From Proteromonas lacertae (lineage: Eukaryota), in the NCBI GenBank assembly GCA_002245135.1, contig NGBS01000914.1:1-48836 (forward strand): 48,836 bases of DNA, given 5' to 3'. The notes beneath the pieces are model-generated. The model was not told the origin of the DNA and searched no databases. It saw only the letters and a program-made list of their open reading frames with translations. Position numbers and translations under genes: made by a program. Below, in pieces: positions 38,567-48,836 of the stretch (positions are counted from its first letter, which is position 1; the number at the start of each line of letters is the position of its first letter).

Positions 38567-40520
38567 ATGAGTTTGACTGATCAAAAGAATTCTACCTTAA
38601 AAAAACTTCAGAGAATTGAAGGCTCATTGAAAGAAATAGGAATTGATGCAGAAAAACTAAAGAATGCAATAAATGAAAATACTGAAGAAAGAGAAGAGTT
38701 AGAAGTGTTAGAATACTTTAAGAACAATAAATTGAGTGAATTAGGAAATAAAACAGTGAATGAGATATTCAAATACTTTGATTTGTTTAATAAAGGAGTT
38801 TTAAATGAAGAATCATATGAAGATATTCTAATAGCAATAAAGAAGAGTGTGACACTAATAAAATTAGATGAAGAGGAAGAAAAAGAAGATAGTGTGAGTG
38901 AAAATGAAAATGAAGTGATAAGCCGTAGTGAAAATGAAGGTATATTATATAATCTAATACTAATGAATAGAATTGAAATTTCCAATAAATATAAAAGAAT
39001 TTACAGAATATATAACAAGTGTTTATAATAACAATAATCGAGATTTAATGAAGTTAACATTGTATTTAGATATAAAAATAGATAATGAAACAATTCATTC
39101 AAATGCTGAATCATCCAGAATAAAGTCTCTAAAAGACAGTAACAATAACAATAATCCAAATAATAAAAGAAGATGTATATATTATTATTTAATAACATAG
39201 TTACAATGAATATTCCAGGAATTAATTCAACCAAATCTGAGTTAATGAATATAAAAGGAGGAAATAAAAAGAAAGAAAGTGAATGGTATTTAATAAGTGC
39301 AATATCTAAAGTAGGAAATGAAATAACCAAATATTGGAATAAATATATAAATGGATTAAACTACTTACATGAAATAATTCCAAATGTAATAAAATATAAT
39401 AAATTAAAAGGAATAAGTTTAAATAATAATAACATGTGTAAAATCCATATAAAAGATGAAATAGGAGTATTATTGAAGAGTGGATTTGAGATGAATTTGA
39501 AACTAAAAAATAACAATGAAAAGAATTATAACAATATTGTAAAGCATTTAAATATAACCAAAGAAATAAAAGAAGATATAATGATAATGAAATTATCCTT
39601 TGGATATAGAGAAGGAACAAATAAAACAAGACAACAGAAGTGTGTAGCTGCTTTACAAAACATATGTGATAATTATTTATTATACAGTTTGAAGAATATA
39701 GATGAATTTGTGAAATATATAATAATAAATGAGAATAATGGAGAAAGTGGTGATAAGAATGATATGTTGAGAGTTTATATAATAATGAATCATAATATGA
39801 ATGAATATATGGAATATAAAGAGTTTCCAAAATTGAATGAAATAATGAAAGAATTTGAATTGAAGATAAAAAGTTCATTTTCTTTTTCAAGTATTTATAT
39901 ATTTATATATTATTATTATTTTGTTATAGATTTATTTGATTTAACTAGAGAAAATACAATAAACAATGATTGTCAAGTATGGTTAGATTTAAATATCCAA
40001 ATGAATATTGGTTTAATAAACAACATATTACGAATCATGTTGAAAGACAAAATGAATGATAGTTTGTTGAATAATGTGTTGAAATGGTTAAGTGAGAAGA
40101 ATGAAGTGTGTAGTTTTATAAGTGTATATTATTATATATATTATATATTAGTCATTGAATTTCGATTTAAAAAGTGAGAATCTGTTAGAAATAGTAGAAA
40201 ATAATCGATTTGTAAAAGAATATTTGAATAGTAAAGATTATGAAAGAATGAAAAAGTGTATAAATGAGAATGAATATTTGTTGAATATATTCGAAGAAAT
40301 CTATACTAAATTTTATGAATGTTTAAAATTAATGCATGAGAAAGTTCGAAAAGGAATAGCAAGTCCAAAAGAGCGAAGTTTATATAATAACTATTTATGT
40401 TTATTAAGTGATTTAAATGATTTAAGTGGAATAGAAATAATAAATAAAGAGAATATGTTGTTTATGAAAATGAGTGGATGTGAAATATTCAGTTTATTAC
40501 CAAGAAGTATAGATACATAA
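38567..40520 (+). CDS. Hypothetical helical protein, duplicate of 22530-24487
   Basis: Near-identical mirror copy with only a few substitutions. Confidence 0.65.
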
Positions 40521-41036
40521 AAATAATGAAAATATTCATATGCTTTTGTTTATTAGAGTGATTTTAATCTACTTAAATAGAATCTGTAAATGTATAAAAA
40601 TCAAAAAATAATACAAAAAACTTGATATTTCATTTTTTGTTTTATCTGCTTCTTGTTGTTGTTCTGTTGTTTAGAATTTGATAAAAAAATGACATTAGTA
40701 TTTGGTTTATTGAGTATAAAATAATATGAAAATAGAAGAAAGAATTGATTATAAAAATGAAATAGAGAAAATGGGATTGGAATGAATAATGTAAAAAAAA
40801 TAATTTAGATTGCATGAAATATAATGATTATAGTTTTAGTGAATGATTTAACTTCAACTGAAACAAATACATTTTCAAAATGTTTAAAATACTTTCCAAT
40901 TTTAATTGATGGAACTATTTCTGTATTATTTTCAATTCACAGGAATAGCATTTTAGTAATTTAGTTGTATTTATTCAGAATAACACAAAAATATCTCAAT
41001 CATAACGACTATATTTTTGAAACAAAACACAATTTT

Positions 41037-43552
41037 ATGAGTAATTCTAATAAACCTTCAAGTATTTATGCAGTATATATTTTTATTAATTCGATGTAGA
41101 AAAGAAGAAGAATAGAAGTAGATTCGAAAGAGAATGAAGAAGCAATTGAACAACTTGTAGAAAGCTACAACTCTAAACCTGATGAAGAAGTATTATCAAA
41201 GTTGCTGATGATGAAGTTAAACAAAAATGATGATTCCATTCAAACTAAGCTGAAATTTCAGATAAATCACCACTGTAAAGAAGATGCTGAGTGTTACTTA
41301 GATAAAATGATATTTGATATTTACTCATATTATGGTGGTGTTATAATTATTCATTCAAGTTGTATTTGTTATTGTGAAGAAGGATTGAATTACTTCATGA
41401 GAATATTGAAACTTATTAATCCAGCAAACTTAAAATTTGGAAATGATCCCAAGAATAATGATGTTTTCGAAGAGCACTATAATCATATTGATATTCCAAT
41501 TCAATATTATTCTTTATTTGGATCATTTTTTTCACAGTTAACAAATTTAGAAAAATTGGATTTGTCATGGTGTAATTTTACTTCTCATTTCATTGAATCA
41601 TTTGTTAAATCAATTCCATTGATGAAATTGAAATATGTTGATCTTCAGTGTATATATTTACTTTTTATTCTTTTGAAATAGCTAATCGAATTGGTGTGAA
41701 AGGATTCAAATCATTACTTCCCTATTTACATTTACTGATCAACGACAAAAATGAATTAAATCTTTTTAACATGAATTTAAATGATGAATCAATGATATTA
41801 TTATCTGAAGAGTTATACAAATATCCAAATCCTGAGAGTATATGTATTGCAGAAAACAAGAATATTCATTCAAAAGGATTAAAAGCCTTATCCTCCAAAT
41901 TTCCAATTTCAAAGATTAAATTTGATTTTAATAAAGAGAGTATGGAAATGTTAGTTGATAAAGAATTAATTGGATTGATGAATGATGATGTATTAAATGT
42001 GAGTAATTGTGAAATTGATGATGATTTTTTCAAATCATTCATTTCATTAAGATCAGATGAATTCGAAATAATCTGGAGGTTAGATTTGAACAGTATAATT
42101 TGATATTTTTATATTATTTAGATAATAAACTAACATACAAAAGTATAGAAATACTGATTAACAATTTATCTTCATTTACAAGTCTTGAAGAACTTCAATT
42201 GAATGGAAATGAGATAGGAGATGAAGGAATGAAAATATTATCTCCACATTTACATTTATTAAAAGATGGTATTATTAATAAAATCAATTGTTCAAGTATT
42301 ATTATTATTATGATATTATTTGTAATAGAAATGGGATTATCTTCAATTGGATTAAAGTATTTGTTAGATGGTTTAAAGAAAATTCCTCATGATAATGAAG
42401 GTGATGAGTTGACTAGATTCTTTATGAACGAATTAAAAGTAAATAATGAAGAAGAAGATGATGAGATAGATAATTTCTATTCAGTTGATATAAGTAATAA
42501 CAATATAGATTCAGAAGGAATAGAATATTTGATGAATTATGTGAAAGAAAATGATAATATTAATAGATTGAATATTCAAAGTATATTTATGGTAATTTTT
42601 AATTTGTTTAATAGATAATCCAATTGGTAATGCTGGATTTAAGCTATTAATAAACAATTTGAATGTTGTCAATAAGTGGGATAGAATGAATTTGAGTAAT
42701 ATCTCAATAGATGATGAAAGTGTGATATTATTAGCTGATAAGATAGATTCAATTTCTAATTGCAACACAATAAACTTAAATGGAAATAATATCAGAATGA
42801 ATGGATTAAAATCAATTTGTTCCAAAACATTAGAAAAAGAAGAATATCCATTTATAGAAATGAAATGTTCATCATGGAGAAAAGAAGAATGTGAATATTA
42901 TTTGAATTATTGTATTAAAAAGAAAAGAGAAGACAATAAATACTATTATTTTTCGAGTATATTATGTGTGTTTATAATGAAATAGATTTAAATGTGAATG
43001 ATTCTCATATTTCATTAATAAAACAGATTGATTATGAAGAACTTGTTTTATCCAATAACAAGATTAGTTGTAATGGATTGAAAGAATTAACAGATTCTTT
43101 TCCAGAAAATGTTAAATATATTTCAATTCATAATAATGAAATTGGAGATGAAGGAATAGAGATAATATGTAAATATTTAGATAAATTCTTCATGTTTTCA
43201 TCATTAAACATCTCAAGTATTTAAAATTCTGTATTGTATTGTATATAGAAATTGTGATGAGTGAAAAAGGATTGATGATGTTAATAGAAAGATTAAAAGA
43301 TAATATACCATTGACAAATATAAATTTATCAGGAAATGAATTAGATGAAAGAGAATTGAGATTAATGAAAGAAAACAAAGAAGTATTTGAAGATTTAGAT
43401 AGTTTATCAATAACATTAAAAGAAGATATAGATAAATCAGAATTAAAATCATTTTTAGAAACATTTACATCAATTGGTATAGTAAAGTTGGATGGAGTAT
43501 CAGAAGAAGAAAAAAAAAAGAGTTTTTAAATGAGTTTAGCAATGTAGTGTAA
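41037..43552 (+). CDS. Kinase-less RNI-like LRR protein (copy L4)
   Basis: Mirror of L3 with variant patches in the 3' half. A poly-A frameshift at ~43510-43520 may be a sequence error. Confidence 0.8.
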
Positions 43553-43636
43553 TTGATTTTTAGTTGTAATATTATAATAATATATTGTATATGCGTTTTT
43601 TTGATATATATCAAAATTGTAACAGCATTTTAGAAA

Positions 43637-44136
43637 ATGGATATAAAATTTTCATATAATAAGCACATATATATTGTATTAACTGATAATGGAAATACAA
43701 TTTTAAATAAATCCAGTTCTGTTGCTACTTTACCTCATTGCCACTTGGGCATAGTATTAGAAAATGGAATTCATCATTTTATATTTATATCTCACAATGA
43801 AAATGGATTATACATTGGCTGTTCTACTATTAAAGACTATTTTGGTCATTTCATTTATAATCATGATTCTTCCTGTAGTATTGCTATAAATAAAGATAAA
43901 TTTGTGTTATATGGATCTGGCGGTGAATTTGCTAGAGAAAAAGTAATAAATGAAATAAAATCAAAGAAAGAAGAGAAATATGAGATTATATATAATATGG
44001 GCAAACATACTATTATGATAAGACAAGGTAGAAATAAGGAATATTAATATTTAACGACATTAAATCACCAGTAGATCCTTTTGTGTGTTTAGATCAGAAT
44101 TCTTCAGTGTCTATAATAAAGTATTATAAAGAATGA
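43637..44136 (+). CDS. SPRY/B30.2-like small protein, duplicate
   Basis: Mirror of 18839-19338 with the same frame break. Downstream frame IFNDIKSPVDPFVCL. Confidence 0.45.
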
Positions 44137-44203
44137 ATATATACGTTATGTAATTTTAAGAATTTATATGTTAAAAAAAACAAGAATAAATTACGGTTGT
44201 TAG

Positions 44204-44941
44204 TTACTTTCTAGGATGTCTAGCATCTAACTTACTTTCATTTGCTGTAATTCTTTCTGATTCTTTAACTTCAGCAGGTAAAGATCGACTGATTGTTTCA
44301 TTTGGTCTAAAATAAGTGTAAATTGCTTTTGTATGCATTATCAATTCATCACCAACAAAATAAAAACTATCACTCTGTGTCTCATTAGGATGTAAACAGA
44401 TTTGATCAACTATATTCATAAAACAGAAATAAAAATACGCAAATCTTTGTTAAGAGGAGGTACTTTGTAATAAGAAGCCCATTCATTCTCTGAATTTGGA
44501 ATGCAAAACACAAATTGGAAATCATAACTTTTTAAAAGAGTATCTCTAAAATAATGTCTTTCTATCATTCTAAAATCACGAACTTCTTGTGGTCCAACTT
44601 TGAACTTTAATCTATAAAGAGTATAATCACATAATATATACCTAGTAGCAATTATTGGTGCTTCTAATACACCTAATGGAAACTCATAATAGATTTTTCT
44701 AAGATCATCAGCGCAACGTGAAAATCTACTTGGCAAATCGTATCTTTGGTCTGGACAACCAATTTGGAAATATTTTTCTTTTGTCTCATCGTTGTATATC
44801 TCAAACTCTAAAAATTCTATTCCATAGACATTATCTTCAGGAGAACATAAATAATCTATAAATCAATGATAAATATAGATGAATACCTTTAGTTGGAGCA
44901 TTCAATTGAAGTATATCATCTGGGGTATAAATATGTGGCAT
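44204..44941 (-). CDS. UNC119: UNC119 duplicate
   Basis: ORF-track peptides are identical to the left copy. Confidence 0.92.
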
Positions 44942-45074
44942 TATTTATTCTATAGAATAACCTTCCAGAAATAATTTGAAATTGAAATTGGTGTGTGAAA
45001 AAAATAATTCAAAATTTATAAAAAATATACTCGTTTCTTATTGGCAGTTTTTCGTTTTTTAGTTACACATTTAT

Positions 45075-48000
45075 ATGGCAGAATATAGAGGTATATCCAA
45101 ACATATAATAATATATTATGAATAGGCAATACTCCAGAAACACCTTTGATGTTTGGTAAAGAGGGTTTAGAGAATGAACGTCGTAGAAGAGAATTACAAG
45201 AAGCATATAGTAGATGTATGATTTTTATTTTTTAGCCTTTAGCTTTAAAAAGGCAAATTGAAGAGAAAGAAAGGATGATGCAAAAGAATCGTTATGATAG
45301 ATTACATGGAGATTCTCCACAGCAGAAAGTAGGTGTTCTACCTCCAATAGCCCCAATTCAAAATAATAACCCTTCAAGAAGTCCTTATTATGAAAAACCA
45401 GAAATCCAACCACCAGAACCTTATTATGATGATCCTCCTCCACCAAAACCTCCAAATCAATATTATAATCCACAGTATATATATAAAATTATATTTATTA
45501 TAGAAAATTCGATATTCCACAGTCAAACAGTCCATTACCAGCAGCAAAGCTTGAAATAGTTCAAGCTCGACCACCTGTGCCGCAATATTACCCGCCTGCA
45601 TCTCAACAAAATGACAAATCATTCATTTTGTTAAAGAGTCAGCTGGATCAATATAATCAAAATCAAAGAGAGAATAGTAACTTAATAAATGAGCTAAAAG
45701 GCAGATTATACCAATTAGAGAGTGAATTGAAACATGAAAAAGAGTGGCGAAAGAATTATTCGAAATATAATGGTGATATAAAAGATGTAATAAGTGGAAT
45801 TCAAAATAAAACTGAACACTTTGAAATGGCTCGATCCAATGATGTAGAACGATTAATTAGTCGAATCAATTTAGTGGAAAAATCAGTGTATGATGTAAAA
45901 ATGAGTTTTGAGAATATGAATCAAAATTATATAACACGAATGAATGAAATTGAAATAAAGTTAAAGATATTTCCATTAATACAAATGATTTAAATAACAA
46001 ACTCTTATTGGTTAATAATAATATTGATAGATTGAATATAGATTTAAATGGTGTAAAGAATAATATAATTGATTTAGAAAGTAAAGTAAGAGAAGCAGTA
46101 AATGGTATAGTAAATGATCAAATGGAACAGAAAGTAGTTATTGATGCTACAATACAGAATCAAAGTGTTGGAGGAATTCCTTTGAATAATATAAATCCAT
46201 TAATTGATGGTAGTAATGGTGGTGCTATGGATTTTAATAAATGGAGTGGTGTTATACAGAAATTAAAATTGTTAGAAAGTGGATTGAGTGATCAAAAGAA
46301 AAGTAGAAAATTATTAGATGATTCTATTCGAAGAGTATATATATATATATAATATTATATTATTATTTTTAATGTTTGTTAATAGATTGATAATAAATAT
46401 TCTGATGTATTATCCACAATTAAAGGTCAAAATGACATACTTCAAACATACGAAAATCATGTTCAAGATACAATAGATAAAGGATTTGGTGGATATGATA
46501 TAAAGCTAAATAACTTAGCAAAGAACTTGGAAATACGATTAAATAAACACAGTCAAGATATAGAAGACTTTAAGCAAGAAATATTAGAGATTGAAACAAA
46601 ATTAGAGAATTATATAGTCACAGAAATGAAGAATATAAATAATAAAGATAATGAAATAACCAATCAATTAGTGAGTCTTTCTAGTAGGTTACAAGAGATT
46701 AGTAATATGAAAATGGAAGGAATTGATAGTGGAAATAGTAAAAATAGTGCAATCTATAAAGAGTTGAGTGATTTGAATAAAGAATTGAATGATGTAAAAG
46801 ATGAAATTGAAGAGATGAAAAATAGTGATTTAGCTTCAGCTAGAAGTAATAATAATAATATCAATGATGAAGTGTCTAATAAATTAATAAGAAGAATTCA
46901 AAATGATTTAGACAATCATAATTGTAGAATAAAAGCAATAGAAAGTGATTATATAACTAGACCACAATTAGAATTAAGTGGTTATAGCTCAACTAATAAT
47001 AATGGTGGTTTAGCTAATGATGAAGTTTGAAATTAGAAGCAATAGATAATTTAAGAAATGAAGTTGTAGCACAAGCTGTTATTAATGATTTGTACAATCA
47101 AACTAAACTTTGAATTATATGAAAAAACATGTGACAGATGTAATAAATAAGAATTTGAGAAGAGTGAGTGATTTAGATAAGAAGATAAAGAATTGTCAAC
47201 AAAGCATTGATTCATTAAGATATGAATGTGATGAAAGACATCGAAATATTGAAAATGAGATAATAAACGAAGCTGAAATCAACAAGAACAGTATTGAAAG
47301 AAATGAAGAAAAGATGGAGAAAATGCACAATGAAATGAGTCAATTTAGTGAAGAAAATGCCAAAACACGAGACAAATAATTAATAACAAGATCGATAATC
47401 AAAATGAAAGATTAGAGAAAGTATTGAATGATATTCGTGAAAAATAATGAATTGAAAGATTATGTAGAAAAGAAGATAAATGATATTTATGAATTAATTG
47501 AAAGTAAACAAATAGCCAATGAAGCGATGGAAAGAGCTTTAGTAGAAGAAAACTATAACAAATTGAAAGATGAAACATTCCACTATTATAGTGACTATCA
47601 CAATAAATTGGAAATACAAAGAATGATGTAAAATTGAAGTTGGAACAATATAAGACAGTAACAGATGAAAGTATATATATATATATATAATTTTATATAA
47701 TTGAAAATAGAAATGAAGCGTATAGAAGATAATAATAACCGAAGACTTAGTGACTGGAAAATGATATTAATGAGTTGAAAGTAACAGTAACAAATACAAA
47801 GAAGGAGGTAAATCAACAATTAGATAATAATAAGAAAGATATGAATTATATAAACAAATCAATGGATAGCTTGAGTTTAACTACAACAATGGATAATTTG
47901 AAATGGCAAATAGAATTTGATAATTTATACAACTTCGTAGATCATGCGAATATGAGTGAGATTCGAACGAATTATCATTCATTACAATCTTACTTAGATA

Positions 48001-48459
48001 CATCGATCAAATCATTTGTGAATAGATTCAATAAATTAGAAAGTGAATTAGATAATCGTTTGATCGCTATAAAAGATTATGACAAAACAAATATATGAGC
48101 GAGATTTATTAATCGAAAGAAATAGTAGTAACCCTAAACCATCTAAAATGACAATAGTAACTGGAATGATGCTTTAAGACCTCCAACTGCTGATTCAACT
48201 AATATATATATTATTATTAATGATTTTAATATTTGTTTAGGAAGCAATCTATCAATACTTATTTGATGAGAATACAGGTTGTTATTACTTCTTTAACACT
48301 GAAACAGGAAGTACGAGTTGGGATCCTCCTGAAGATCTGGATATAATATATAGAGAAGGTCAAAAATTAGATGGTGGTTATACTGTTTGTAGAACAACAG
48401 AAGGTCGTTTGTATAAGAGAAATGATAGAACTGGAAGTGTTGAAGCTTTGTATAGTTAA
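45075..48459 (+). pseudogene. Coiled-coil/WW gene duplicate with many frameshifts (pseudogene or unpolished sequence)
   Basis: Small indels relative to the intact left copy near 45955, 47022, 47105, 47125, 47360, 47612, 47756, 48077 and 48163, and loss of a splice donor near 48203. Confidence 0.6.
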
Positions 48460-48650
48460 ATCATATATATTGTAATATATATATATATATTATAAATAAA
48501 TTAGTATTATATTCACTTCTTACTTTTATTTTAATTTTCATATACTATGTGTTTTTTATGTGTTTATTGATAATCTAATGAAAATGTCTCTATAACCAAT
48601 ATTGATGAATAAATACATTCTCAAAATGTATAAAATCATTTCCATATTTA

Positions 48651-48836
48651 AAAAAAAGAAGAATATCCATTTATTAAATGAATAATCATCATGGAGAAAA
48701 GAAGAATGTGAATATTATTTGAATTATTGTATTAAAAAGAAAAGAAGAAGAAAAAATTATATTTTTCGAGTATATTATGTGTGTTTATAATGAAATAGAT
48801 TTAAATGTGAATGATTCTCATATTTCATTAATAAAA
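48651..48836 (+). pseudogene. 5'-truncated LRR fragment (L5), mirror of L2, cut by window end
   Basis: KEEYPF..WRKEECEYYLNYCIKKKR, followed by an intron and LNVNDSHISLIK. Confidence 0.75.

Larger units (their letters stand above)
38453..48836. repeat. Right arm of the inverted segmental duplication (runs off window)
   Basis: Reverse complement of 14095-24601. Confidence 0.95.

Overview
Very AT-rich (by eye roughly 75-80% AT), gene-dense eukaryotic nuclear DNA using the standard code. Most introns are 26-40 nt GT-AG, and there is one 48-nt minor-type intron. These traits point to a Blastocystis/Proteromonas-like gut stramenopile (inference only). The window has three zones. (1) 1-9.3 kb is a nested DNA-transposon graveyard. 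A pogo/Tigger relic is split by a 4.5-kb foldback element (1.46-kb arms) carrying MCM5, kinase and HSP70 fragments. It is followed by a 2.65-kb element with ~810-bp inverted repeats around a truncated Mutator transposase, then a hAT relic and terminus. (2) An RNI-like LRR gene family has five copies or fragments, one fused to a pseudokinase; four lie in or straddle a >=10.4-kb inverted duplication (14095-24601 / 38453-end). The duplication also carries a coiled-coil/WW gene, UNC119, a SPRY-like gene and an unknown gene. (3) The 13.85-kb spacer holds housekeeping genes: SERAC1-like, syntaxin, NF-YC, an unknown gene, RIO2, two divergent eIF2-gamma paralogs, SERF and B9D1. The strongest leads are: LRR paralogs that vary mainly on the beta-strand face in a mosaic pattern (candidate diversifying receptor system); eIF2-gamma paralogs homogenised over 805 bp except at GTPase motifs; an AT-AA U12-type intron; and Pack-type gene capture in foldback elements. 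All alignments, splice models and family assignments were made by eye; boundaries may be off by a few bases.
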